DNA of 64,000 bases from Ignavibacteriota bacterium. Lineage in GTDB: Bacteria > Bacteroidota > Ignavibacteria > UBA10030. The position numbers were made by a program, and so were the translations under genes. The number at the start of each line of letters is the position of its first letter. Position 1 is the first letter of the stretch. The stretch covers positions 1,248,001 to 1,312,000 of the forward strand of contig OY969585.1 of NCBI GenBank assembly GCA_963701295.1, read 5' to 3'. This document shows, in pieces, positions 13,328 through 23,039 of this stretch. Below the pieces are notes generated by a model. That model was given only the letters and a program-made list of their open reading frames with translations, did no database searches and had not been told where the DNA came from.

Positions 13328-14032
13328 ATGCAAAGAAAAGTCATTGGAATTATCGGAGGTATAGCGCCTCCATCGACAATAGATTATTATCAAAGAATCA
13401 TTGCGGGATTTCAAGAGAAAGAGAGTACTCATTGCTATCCGTCAATATTCATTAACAGTATTGATATGACAAGAATGTTAGATCTGGTCTCCCAAAAAGA
13501 TTTTGACACATTAGTCGAATATTTGATCGGTGAGATTCAGAAACTAAAAAGTGGTGGTGTTGATTTTGCTGTTTTAGCATCAAATACACCGCATATTGTT
13601 TTTGAACAACTCAAGAAAAGGTCAAGTATTCCATTGGTTAGTATTGTGGAAGTGACTGTGAAATATGCAAAAACACTTGGTTGTAAAAAGCTTGGTTTGT
13701 TTGGTACCAAATCAACAATGCAGGGTGGATTTTATCAAGCTGGATTTTCCAAAGAAGGCATTGAAATCATAACGCCGCTCTTTGAATCGCAAAATTATAT
13801 TCATGATAAATACATGAATGAATTTGTGAGGGGAATATTTCTTGAAGGTACAAAGAAAGCATGTATTGACATTGTTCATCAGATGATAAAGCAAAACAAT
13901 ATTGAGGGTTTGATCTTAGGTGGAACAGAATTACCCTTCCTCTTGAAAGAAGAGGATTTTATCAATTTTAAATTATTCAACACGATTGAAATACATGTAA
14001 ACAGTATTCTTGAATATGCAATGCAGAACTAA
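13328..14032 (+). CDS. Aspartate/glutamate racemase-family protein (both catalytic Cys substituted)
   Basis: IGIIGGIAPPSTIDYY N-terminus; ASNTPH and GGTEL in place of the CNT and GCTE motifs. Confidence 0.85.
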   Translation: MQRKVIGIIGGIAPPSTIDYYQRIIAGFQEKESTHCYPSIFINSIDMTRMLDLVSQKDFDTLVEYLIGEIQKLKSGGVDFAVLASNTPHIVFEQLKKRSSIPLVSIVEVTVKYAKTLGCKKLGLFGTKSTMQGGFYQAGFSKEGIEIITPLFESQNYIHDKYMNEFVRGIFLEGTKKACIDIVHQMIKQNNIEGLILGGTELPFLLKEEDFINFKLFNTIEIHVNSILEYAMQN

Positions 14033-14055
14033 TTGGTGCTTGTTTATCACTTGTG

Positions 14056-14108
14056 ATTTGATATTTGAAAAATTACTAAAAGAAAACGAATAGAATCATT
14101 GAAACGGA
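14056..14108 (+). repeat. Imperfect 53-bp direct repeat, copy 1 (upstream of osmC-like gene)
   Basis: 41/53 identical without gaps to 14534-14586 by manual alignment. Confidence 0.7.
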
Positions 14109-14161
14109 CAATCCTCTGTTTCAGCCGGTCACACTTCAACTAGAATGTTTGGGATTATAAA

Positions 14162-14539
14162 ATGATACGAACAGAAAATGAAGAAATAAATTATAAGACG
14201 AAGTTTTCTAATGGCGAACATTCAGCCTTTTCAGATACGACAATGGACAAAGGGGGAAGTAATTCTGGTTTTAGGCCGCATGAACTTCTGGAGGCTGCAG
14301 TAGCAAGCTGTATGAATATGCACATAAGAATGTTTGCTAAGAACCATAACATGAATGTTTCTGAGGTAAAAACAGAAGTATCGCTTAATAGAAACGAGCC
14401 TGAATCTGCTGTATTCGAATACAAGGTAAAAGTTTATGGAAGGTTAACGGGATTGGAAAAAGAGAAGCTTATGCAGATAGTACAGAGTTGTCCAGTAAAG
14501 AAAACGTTATCAAAGAGAATAGATTTTAGGTGTATTTGA
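14162..14539 (+). CDS. OsmC/Ohr-family protein
   Basis: RPHELLEAAVASC and SCPVKKTL two-Cys signature. Confidence 0.85.
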   Translation: MIRTENEEINYKTKFSNGEHSAFSDTTMDKGGSNSGFRPHELLEAAVASCMNMHIRMFAKNHNMNVSEVKTEVSLNRNEPESAVFEYKVKVYGRLTGLEKEKLMQIVQSCPVKKTLSKRIDFRCI

Positions 14540-14586
14540 TGTTTAAAATTTTGATGAAAGAAAACGAATCGAACAATTTAAATGGA
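14534..14586 (+). repeat. Imperfect 53-bp direct repeat, copy 2 (overlaps osmC-like stop)
   Basis: Shares ATTTGAT, AAAGAAAACGAAT and the terminal GGA with copy 1. Confidence 0.7.
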
Positions 14587-14593
14587 TTATACT

Positions 14594-16006
14594 ATGGCTC
14601 AACCACGTACGCTTTTTCAAAAAGTATGGGATAATCATATTGTTGTGCAGGAACCGGATTCGCCGGCTGTTTTGTACATCGATTTACAACTCGTTCACGA
14701 AGTAACATCGCCGCAAGCATTCGATGGATTACGCCGACGTGGACTCAAGGTTCGCTGTCCGGATCGTACGGTAGGAACAATGGATCATAGTATTCCGACG
14801 CTTCCTCTATCAGTTCCGATTTCAGATGCACTTGCCGCAAAGCAAATGCGCCAGATGGAAATTAATGCAAAGGAATTTGGTTTTCGTCTCTACGGCAAAG
14901 ATCATTCACAGCGCGGAATTGTCCACATTATCGGGCCGGAACTTGGTTTTACCCAACCGGGAATGACAATAGTATGTGGCGATAGTCACACGGCAACACA
15001 TGGTGCATTCGGCGCGCTTGCATTTGGAATCGGCACAAGCGAGGTTGAACATGTTTTAGCAACTCAATGTCTGCTCCAGCATCTGCCAAAAACAATGGAA
15101 GTGTGCATTGAAGGGAAACTCAGTGCCGGTGTGACAGCGAAGGATATTATCCTTGCACTTCTGGCAAAGATTGGTGTCGGCGGCGGAACAGGACATGTTA
15201 TTGAATACACCGGAACTACAGTTTGTTCACTCACCATGGAAGAACGAATGACTGTCTGCAATATGTCAATCGAAGGCGGTGCGCGTGCTGGTATGATAGC
15301 ACCGGACGATAAGACATTTGAGTTCCTAGCAAACCGCGAATTTGCTCCCAAAGGCGAAGGATGGGAAAAAGCATTGAAGCGTTGGCGATCATTGCCAACG
15401 GATACAGGTGCAACGTATGACACAACGGTCATGCTGGATATTTCAAAACTTGAACCGATGCTGACGTTTGGTACTAATCCGGGAATGGGATTATCAGTTA
15501 CTGGACGTATTCCTAATCCATCGAGTTTGAGTAATGCAACAGACAAACAGACATTGGAAAAATCGCTACAATACATGGGTTTTCAACCGAATGAAACTCT
15601 TGCAGGAAAGAAAATCAATGTCGTGTTTATTGGCAGCTGTACCAATGGCCGAATATCTGATTTGCGCGATGCTGCACGTGTATTCCGAGGACGTAAAGTT
15701 GCTCCAAATGTACGTGCCATGGTTGTTCCTGGATCACAGGAAATAAAACGCCAGGCGGAAGCAGAAGGATTGCACAAAGTATTTACAGATGCCGGTGCAG
15801 AGTGGCGCGAGTCCGGTTGTTCTATGTGCATCGCAATGAACGGTGACGAAATTAAAGCCGGTCAATATGCTGTTTCCACAAGCAATCGGAATTTTGAAGG
15901 ACGGCAAGGCAAAGGCGGAAGAACATTGCTCGCCTCACCGTTAACAGCTGCAGCTGCTGCGGTAACAGGTAAAATTACGGATGTTCGGACATTATTAATC
16001 TCATAA
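14594..16006 (+). CDS. leuC: 3-isopropylmalate dehydratase large subunit
   Basis: [49 protein letters not shown]; alternative start 14582. Confidence 0.97.
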   Translation: MAQPRTLFQKVWDNHIVVQEPDSPAVLYIDLQLVHEVTSPQAFDGLRRRGLKVRCPDRTVGTMDHSIPTLPLSVPISDALAAKQMRQMEINAKEFGFRLYGKDHSQRGIVHIIGPELGFTQPGMTIVCGDSHTATHGAFGALAFGIGTSEVEHVLATQCLLQHLPKTMEVCIEGKLSAGVTAKDIILALLAKIGVGGGTGHVIEYTGTTVCSLTMEERMTVCNMSIEGGARAGMIAPDDKTFEFLANREFAPKGEGWEKALKRWRSLPTDTGATYDTTVMLDISKLEPMLTFGTNPGMGLSVTGRIPNPSSLSNATDKQTLEKSLQYMGFQPNETLAGKKINVVFIGSCTNGRISDLRDAARVFRGRKVAPNVRAMVVPGSQEIKRQAEAEGLHKVFTDAGAEWRESGCSMCIAMNGDEIKAGQYAVSTSNRNFEGRQGKGGRTLLASPLTAAAAAVTGKITDVRTLLIS

Positions 16007-16012
16007 AGAAAA

Positions 16013-16807
16013 ATGCAAATGTATCAGTGGAATGCGGTTGATTATGCTAAAAGTTCGAGTATTCAACAGCAATGGGCACGTGAGCTTATCCGCAAACTAA
16101 ATTTGAAGGGCAATGAAACATTGCTCGATATCGGATCCGGCGACGGTAAAGTGACGGCGGAAATTGCTTCTTTTGTTCCCAACGGATCCGTTATAGGTAT
16201 TGACAGTTCGGAAGAGATGATCATGCTTGCACAACGAATGTACTCTCGAGATGCTTTTACAAATTTGCGATTTCGACGAGCGGATGCAAATAGCCTGCTT
16301 TTTGAGAATGAATTCGATGTTATCTTTTCGAATGCAACTTTGCATTGGATTCTCGATCACCGGCCTGTATTGCGTGGAATCTTTACAAGCCTGAAACGCG
16401 GCGGTAAAGTTCTTTTACAAATGGGGGGACGTGGAAATGCCGACGAGGTTATGGTTGCACTTAAAAGAATAATGATGAGAGAAGAATGGCGGAGGTGCTT
16501 TAATGGATTCAACTTCTCGTATGGTTTCTACGGATCTGACGAATATCGCATTTGGATTCATGAAGCAGGATTAAATGCGAAACGCGTGGAGCTGATTCCT
16601 AAGGATGCTGCGCATCAAGGGCGCTCTGGTTTCGAATCTTGGATCCGAACAACTTGGCTTCCATACACACAGCAAGTGCCTGAAAAAAAGAGAGAAATAT
16701 TTATTTCACAGCTGGCTGATGACTATCTTCGGCAACATCCTGCTGACGAAAACGGTGTGGTTCATGTAAAAATGATACGGCTTGAAGTCGAGGCCTCAAA
16801 ATTTTAA
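16013..16807 (+). CDS. Class I SAM-dependent methyltransferase, trans-aconitate methyltransferase (Tam)-like
   Basis: WNAVDY N-terminus, LLDIGSGDG motif I, FDVIFSNATLHW. Confidence 0.8.
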   Translation: MQMYQWNAVDYAKSSSIQQQWARELIRKLNLKGNETLLDIGSGDGKVTAEIASFVPNGSVIGIDSSEEMIMLAQRMYSRDAFTNLRFRRADANSLLFENEFDVIFSNATLHWILDHRPVLRGIFTSLKRGGKVLLQMGGRGNADEVMVALKRIMMREEWRRCFNGFNFSYGFYGSDEYRIWIHEAGLNAKRVELIPKDAAHQGRSGFESWIRTTWLPYTQQVPEKKREIFISQLADDYLRQHPADENGVVHVKMIRLEVEASKF

Positions 16808-16839
16808 TTAACCATTTACCATTAATAACTAAAAAACCT

Positions 16840-17433
16840 ATGGCAACATTTACATCACTAACATCGCGTATCGTTCCACTGCTTGTGGATAATGTCGATA
16901 CTGATCAAATCATTCCAGCGCGGTTTCTCAAAGTCACCGATAAGAAAGGGCTTAGAGAACAGCTTTTCTACGATTGGCGTTACGACTCTGATGGAACTCC
17001 CAAAGCGGATTTTGTTTTGAACCAGCCGCAACATCGCGGATCGCAGATATTGCTGGCGGGAGACAATTTTGGATGTGGTTCTTCGCGTGAACATGCACCG
17101 TGGGCGCTAACTGCATTCGGTTTCCGTGCGGTGATCAGTACAACAATCGCAGATATTTTTCGCAGTAATTCCATGAAGAATGGATTGCTTCCGGTGATTC
17201 TTACAGCCTTAGAGCATAAACAATTGAAAGACGAAATACAGGAGTCACCGAATGCTGAAGTAACAATCAATCTTGAGAGACAGGAAGTTGCATTTCCATC
17301 AGGTACAAAAGCAAAATTTCCTATTGATCCGTTTTCAAAATTTTGCCTTTTAAATGGAATCGATGAATTGGAATATTTGCGGCGATTTACAAAAGAAGTT
17401 GAGCAATACGAAGCAGCGCACACAATTTCATAG
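16840..17433 (+). CDS. leuD: 3-isopropylmalate dehydratase small subunit
   Basis: NVDTDQIIPARFL, NFGCGSSREHAPWAL. Confidence 0.97.
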   Translation: MATFTSLTSRIVPLLVDNVDTDQIIPARFLKVTDKKGLREQLFYDWRYDSDGTPKADFVLNQPQHRGSQILLAGDNFGCGSSREHAPWALTAFGFRAVISTTIADIFRSNSMKNGLLPVILTALEHKQLKDEIQESPNAEVTINLERQEVAFPSGTKAKFPIDPFSKFCLLNGIDELEYLRRFTKEVEQYEAAHTIS

Positions 17434-17464
17434 AGAATGGGCAGTACATCCGAAAGGAAAAGAT

Positions 17465-18316
17465 ATGACGCAGAATCATGAAGAGCACCATCATATCGAT
17501 AAACATATTGCAATTCTGGGAGCAGGCAACATGGGAGCAGCGTTGATGAAAGGTATTATCAATGCAAAGCTGACACCATCGAAAAAAATTCTGGCGTGCG
17601 ATATAAATCTCCCGAGGCTTCAAGCACTTTCGTCTGAATGGAAAATTCGTATCGCAGCGGATCTGAGCGCAGCAGTTGAAATATCGGAGATCATTCTCTT
17701 ATGCGTAAAACCGCAGACTCTTGAAAGTGTTTTGCAAACGATCAAACCGGTCATTAGGCCTAACCATCTTGTCGTTTCTATTGTTGCAGGTGTCCGGATT
17801 AAGTTTATCCAGCAAATTCTCGGAATAAAACTCGGCATTGTACGGGCAATGCCTAATATTGCAGCAACGGTTGATGAAGGCGCTGCAGCGATCGCGTTTG
17901 GAGAGCATGTCACTGCTGAGCAGCAAAAGATAGCGAGGTCTATTTTTGAAGCTGTCGGCGAAGTTGTTATTGTTGCTGAAGACCAGCTTGATGCTGTTAC
18001 CGGATTGAGCGGCAGCGGTCCCGCATACATCTATATGGTCATTGAGGCACTGATTGATGGCGGTGTTAAAATGGGACTTGCTCGCGATATTGCAACAAAG
18101 CTGGCGATTCAAACGGTACTTGGGTCAGCGAAGTTAGCAAAAACTTCCAAACTGCATCCAGCGATTTTACGCGATCAAGTTACGACTCCCGGAGGAACGA
18201 CAATCAATGCCATCCATGAACTTGAATCGCATGGATTGAGGGCAATGTTGATTAACGCTGTTGTGACAGCGACGGAAAGATCAAAGGAATTAAGCAAATT
18301 ATTGAATAACTTCTAA
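17465..18316 (+). CDS. proC: Pyrroline-5-carboxylate reductase
   Basis: GAGNMG, VKPQ, RAMPN, TGLSGSGPAY, VTTPGGTT; start at ATG 17465 after AAAGGA. Confidence 0.95.
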   Translation: MTQNHEEHHHIDKHIAILGAGNMGAALMKGIINAKLTPSKKILACDINLPRLQALSSEWKIRIAADLSAAVEISEIILLCVKPQTLESVLQTIKPVIRPNHLVVSIVAGVRIKFIQQILGIKLGIVRAMPNIAATVDEGAAAIAFGEHVTAEQQKIARSIFEAVGEVVIVAEDQLDAVTGLSGSGPAYIYMVIEALIDGGVKMGLARDIATKLAIQTVLGSAKLAKTSKLHPAILRDQVTTPGGTTINAIHELESHGLRAMLINAVVTATERSKELSKLLNNF

Positions 18317-18356
18317 AAGAATAAAAGAAATAATACCAAGGAGAGATAGAAAAACA

Positions 18357-19418
18357 ATGGCAAAGAAATATAATATTGCGGTCATCGGCGGTGACGGCAC
18401 AGGTCCGGAAGTAGTCGCTGAAGGTTTAAAAGTCCTGAAAGCTGCATCAAAGAAATTCAGCTTTTTCTATGATACAACCATGTTTGATTACGGCGGCGAA
18501 CGATACCTAAAGACCGGCAAGACGATTACTGATGAAGAGCTTGAAGGTTTAAAAAAATTTGATGCTGTCTTTCTTGGCGCAATCGGACATCCGGATGTGA
18601 AACCCGGAATTCTCGAACAGGGAATTCTCCTAAAGACGCGATTTGCCCTCGATCAATATATTAATTTACGGCCGGTTAAGTTGTACAATGAAGCGTTTTG
18701 TCCACTCAAGGGTAAGAAACCTGAAGATATTGATTTTGTTGTGGTGCGCGAGAACTCTGAAGGCCTCTATAAAGGCCTAGGAAGCTTTGAAAATAAAGGC
18801 ACGAAGAACGAGGTTGCTATCCAAATATCTCACAATACACGTAAAGGTGTCGAGCGCTGTATTCGTTATGCGTTTGAATATTGCAAAAAACGTAATAGCA
18901 AGAAGCGAAAACTTACGCTCTGCGGTAAGACGAATGTGCTGACATTTGCGTGGGATCTTTGGCAACGGACATTTGATGAAGTGAAAAAAGAATATCCGGA
19001 TATTGAAACCGACTATGCTCACGTTGATGCGACCACCATGTGGTTTGTGAAGAATCCGGAGTGGTTCGATGTGATCGTGACTGATAATATGTTCGGCGAT
19101 ATTATCACGGATCTTGGTGCTATGGTGCAGGGCGGTATGGGTATTGCAGCGGGCGGCAATATTAATCCGGAAGGTGTCTCCATGTTTGAACCTATCGGTG
19201 GCTCTGCACCGAAGTATACCGGAAAACATGTAATTAACCCGCTAGCAGGAATTTGCGCGCTCGGCATGCTCTTAGAAACAATAGGTGAAGAAAAAGCAGG
19301 AAAAGCAGTCGAGAATTCAGTCATTAATCTTGTTCAGAAAAAAATCAAAAATCTCGCAGCAGGGAAAATGGGATATACAACCGAAGAAATCGGCGACATG
19401 GTTACTGCGGGAATATAA
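18357..19418 (+). CDS. leuB: 3-isopropylmalate dehydrogenase
   Basis: GDGTGPEV, NLRP, VVRENSEG, NMFGDIITD, FEPIGGSAP; leu-cluster context. Confidence 0.9.
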   Translation: MAKKYNIAVIGGDGTGPEVVAEGLKVLKAASKKFSFFYDTTMFDYGGERYLKTGKTITDEELEGLKKFDAVFLGAIGHPDVKPGILEQGILLKTRFALDQYINLRPVKLYNEAFCPLKGKKPEDIDFVVVRENSEGLYKGLGSFENKGTKNEVAIQISHNTRKGVERCIRYAFEYCKKRNSKKRKLTLCGKTNVLTFAWDLWQRTFDEVKKEYPDIETDYAHVDATTMWFVKNPEWFDVIVTDNMFGDIITDLGAMVQGGMGIAAGGNINPEGVSMFEPIGGSAPKYTGKHVINPLAGICALGMLLETIGEEKAGKAVENSVINLVQKKIKNLAAGKMGYTTEEIGDMVTAGI

Positions 19419-19430
19419 AAGAAAAGAACG

Positions 19431-20525
19431 ATGGATATTCATGTACCATTTGTCTTGCTTGGTTTAGGCCCTGTTGGCCGTACGTTGGTTCGTCAGATTC
19501 TTGACACTCATAAAACAGTTGCCCTGCGAACGGGAATTCAATTTGTCTTTGCGGGCATTTCTGATTCATCGGGTTTGATGTGGGAGAACGAAGGCATTCC
19601 CGAAGAAATGCTGCAGAAGATTCTACGCGACACCGATGAGCATCGAAGACTTGATGGTGTTGCTAATCTGCATCCGCATACAAAGCTGAACGATATACTG
19701 CAGCCGGGAACTATCCTCGTTGACGCGACCCATTCGTTAGACACGACGCCCATAGTAAAGGATGCGCTTGAAGCAGGATGCGGCATTGTTGTAGCAAATA
19801 AAATTACGCTCGCAGATGAATGGAGTAAGGCAAAAATGTATTACGATCATCCGCTCATTCGCTATGAAGCAACGGTCGGAGCAGGGCTGCCTATTATTTC
19901 CACGTTACGGTATCTGCTTGATACTGGAGATGAAATCACAAGCATTGAAGCGTCTGTCAGTGGTACATTAGGTTTTTTATGTACTGCGCTGGAGTTAGGC
20001 GTTCCGTATTCTGTAGCTGTGGCAAATGCGAAGAACATGGGATATACAGAACCTGATCCTCGCGATGACTTGAGCGGATATGATATTGTGCGGAAAGCTT
20101 TAATTCTTGCACGCACAGCTGGTTGGCCGCTTGAAATGCATAACCTGACTTCGGAGCCGATGTATCCACCAACGTGGGTATCGCGAACGGTCGAAGAATT
20201 TATGACTGCGCTGCCGTCACTTGATGAGATGTACGCTGCACAGGTACGGCTGGCACAAAGTGAAGGAAGAAGCCTTCGCTATGTTGCACATCTTACTTCC
20301 AAGGGCGGACGAGTCGGATTGACGTCGGTTGCCAAAGACGGTCATATTGGATCAAAGAGTGGTCCGGCAAATTCTGTCGAGATCTTTACTCACCGCTACC
20401 AAGAAATGCCATTGGTTATTTCCGGGCCGGGTGCCGGTCCGGAAATCAAAGCCGCCGGCGTGATGGAAGATATGCTGCAACTTGCAAATATTTTGCAGCA
20501 TAGAGTGTTGTTGACGAATTCTTAA
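19431..20525 (+). CDS. hom: Stand-alone homoserine dehydrogenase (similar to the HSDH domain of ThrA/MetL)
   Basis: GLGPVG Rossmann motif, YEATVGAGLPII, GYTEPDPRDDLSG, RKALILAR, GPGAG. Confidence 0.85.
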   Translation: MDIHVPFVLLGLGPVGRTLVRQILDTHKTVALRTGIQFVFAGISDSSGLMWENEGIPEEMLQKILRDTDEHRRLDGVANLHPHTKLNDILQPGTILVDATHSLDTTPIVKDALEAGCGIVVANKITLADEWSKAKMYYDHPLIRYEATVGAGLPIISTLRYLLDTGDEITSIEASVSGTLGFLCTALELGVPYSVAVANAKNMGYTEPDPRDDLSGYDIVRKALILARTAGWPLEMHNLTSEPMYPPTWVSRTVEEFMTALPSLDEMYAAQVRLAQSEGRSLRYVAHLTSKGGRVGLTSVAKDGHIGSKSGPANSVEIFTHRYQEMPLVISGPGAGPEIKAAGVMEDMLQLANILQHRVLLTNS

Positions 20526-20540
20526 AAACAGGGAAATCCT

Positions 20541-23012
20541 ATGTCTACAAAAAAGGTCATCAAATTTGGCGGGTCATCTGTCGCCAATCCGGAACGTATT
20601 CGCGATGTCGCTTCTATTGTTCTTGAAGCCGCTGAGAAAGAACGTGTGATAGTTGTTGTCTCCGCTTTTCAAGGAGTGACTAATCAATTATTAGAATGCG
20701 CACAGTTAGCAGAAAGAGGCAATAAAGAATTTCAATCTATTTACAAAAAGCTTGTCGAGCGCCATACCACAACGTTGAAAGCTCTGCATAAGGGACGCCC
20801 GCCAAAGAATGTAACTGCTCATGTACAAGTGCTGCTATCCGAACTTCATGATGCACTGCAAGGAATTTATTTACTGCGTCACAGTTCTCCGCGTGCGCTT
20901 GATTTAACTGCAAGCTTCGGCGAGCGCCTCTCGGCAGTAATCATTGCATCGTTTCTTCAGAGAACTCAACCTTCTTGCTTTGTTGATTCGCGCAAAATGG
21001 TGAAGACAGACGACCAATTTACTCGCGCTATTGTTCAATTTGATAAAACCAATCGAGCGATCAAATCATATTTCAAAAAGCTCTTTAAAGGTTCTAGTGA
21101 ACGGCTCATTCCTGTTGTGACCGGATTTATCGGATCAACGGATGGCGATTTAACAACTACGATTGGCAGAAATGGCTCAGATTATTCGGCGGCAATTTTT
21201 GGCGCAGCGCTTGATACTTCTGTCATTGAAATCTGGACTGATGTGGACGGCATTCTGAGTGCTGACCCGCGTTCTGTTCCTGCGGCGTTTGTTGTGCCGC
21301 ATATGTCATACGAAGAAGCAATGGAACTTTCTTACTTTGGCGCGAAAGTGCTTCATGCATCCACCATTGCACCTGCTGTGGCAAAACATATTCCGATTGT
21401 AATAAAGAATGCATTGAATCGCACAGCGGCAGGTACACGCATTTCGCATCATATAGACCGATGGGAAGGCGTGGCAAAAGGAATTACTTCTGTTGACCAT
21501 TGCACACTGCTCACACTGCGCGGCATGAGTATGGTAGGTGTCCCGGGAATTGCAGAGCGATTGTTTCGAGCGCTCGCTTCTCACAGTGTCAATGTCATTT
21601 TAATTTCACAGGCATCGTCCGAGCATACCATTTGTTTTGCGATCAGTACTTCTGACGTTGCGGCAGCTAAAAAAGCAGTTCATCATGAATTTCACTTTGA
21701 ATTGCAGTCCAAGCTAACATCGTTGGACGAGAAACTGAATCAATCCATTATTGCCATTGTCGGCGATGGAATGAAAGGCACACCCGGTGTGTCGGGAAAA
21801 GTTTTCCAGGCATTGGGGCGGAATAATGTGAATATTTCCGCGATTGCACAAGGCGCATCGGAGCGAAATATCTCTTTTGTGATCGATGAAGTGCAAAAAA
21901 TTCTTGCTTTGAATGTCATTCACGAAGCATTCTTCGAGCCAAGAAAAAAACTTGGCGTGGTACTAATCGGTCCCGGCAATATAGGTGGTACACTTCTCAA
22001 ACAAATTTATCAACAGCAATCGTATCTTCATTCGGAAGGGTATGATGTCCGTGTATGCGGTATATACGATATTGGCAAAGCTGTCTTTTCTTCAAAAGGG
22101 ATCGATCTGAAGCGATGGAAAGAACTTATTGAGAGTTCCCCCAAGAAGATAGGATATTCAGAGTTCCTGCGGCAAATTGCATTGCTCCAGCTCACCAACG
22201 GCGTTGTTGTCGATTGTACAGCAAGTTCGGATATTGTCGATCTCTACGAAGATTTTGTCAAACTGAACATGCACATCGTCACACCGAATAAAAAAGCGAA
22301 CGTTCTTCCTTGGTCACGATATAAACAGCTGACGGAGTTGATGAAGAGTCGGCAAAAAATGTTTTTCTACGAAGCGAATGTTGGCGCAGGGCTGCCGATT
22401 ATCTCGACACTTCAAGATTTAATTGCGAGCGGGGATCAAATTAGTAAAATCGAAGGAATGTTTTCCGGAACATTAAGCCATCTCTTTAATCATTTTGATG
22501 GCTCGATACCGTTTAGCACGCTTGTTGATGATGCACTGAAGCTTGGATATACAGAACCGGATCCACGCGAAGATTTGTCAGGCAATGACGTTGCTCGAAA
22601 GCTTTTAATTCTTGCCAGACAAATCGGTTTGAAAATGGATATGCACAATATTAAAGTAGAAAGTCTTGTTCCTCAGCCATTGCGTAGCGGTGCTTTCTCG
22701 AAAGAATTTTTCAAACGTTATGCAAAATATGACGAAGCAATGAAACGACGGTTAGAAGCGGCCCAAGTACGGGGTTCAGTTCTGCGATATGTTGCCGTTC
22801 TAGAGGGTAGCAAAGCTTCTGCCGGTATTTTAGAAGTCCCCAAAAATCATATGCTTGCATCGACCAAGGGAAGCGATAATATCATTGCATTCACTACTCA
22901 GCGGTACTCAAAAACACCATTAGTAGTGCAAGGTCCCGGTGCGGGTGCTGATGTGACGGCGATGGGAGTCTTTTCTGATCTCCTGAAATTGCTTCACTAT
23001 TTGCCGCATTAA
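20541..23012 (+). CDS. thrA: Bifunctional aspartokinase/homoserine dehydrogenase
   Basis: KFGGSSV, GRNGSDYSAA, two ACT domains, YEANVGAGLPII, GYTEPDPREDLSG. Confidence 0.95.
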   Translation: MSTKKVIKFGGSSVANPERIRDVASIVLEAAEKERVIVVVSAFQGVTNQLLECAQLAERGNKEFQSIYKKLVERHTTTLKALHKGRPPKNVTAHVQVLLSELHDALQGIYLLRHSSPRALDLTASFGERLSAVIIASFLQRTQPSCFVDSRKMVKTDDQFTRAIVQFDKTNRAIKSYFKKLFKGSSERLIPVVTGFIGSTDGDLTTTIGRNGSDYSAAIFGAALDTSVIEIWTDVDGILSADPRSVPAAFVVPHMSYEEAMELSYFGAKVLHASTIAPAVAKHIPIVIKNALNRTAAGTRISHHIDRWEGVAKGITSVDHCTLLTLRGMSMVGVPGIAERLFRALASHSVNVILISQASSEHTICFAISTSDVAAAKKAVHHEFHFELQSKLTSLDEKLNQSIIAIVGDGMKGTPGVSGKVFQALGRNNVNISAIAQGASERNISFVIDEVQKILALNVIHEAFFEPRKKLGVVLIGPGNIGGTLLKQIYQQQSYLHSEGYDVRVCGIYDIGKAVFSSKGIDLKRWKELIESSPKKIGYSEFLRQIALLQLTNGVVVDCTASSDIVDLYEDFVKLNMHIVTPNKKANVLPWSRYKQLTELMKSRQKMFFYEANVGAGLPIISTLQDLIASGDQISKIEGMFSGTLSHLFNHFDGSIPFSTLVDDALKLGYTEPDPREDLSGNDVARKLLILARQIGLKMDMHNIKVESLVPQPLRSGAFSKEFFKRYAKYDEAMKRRLEAAQVRGSVLRYVAVLEGSKASAGILEVPKNHMLASTKGSDNIIAFTTQRYSKTPLVVQGPGAGADVTAMGVFSDLLKLLHYLPH

Positions 23013-23039
23013 CAGAATTTGTATAAAGGAGTATTGTAA

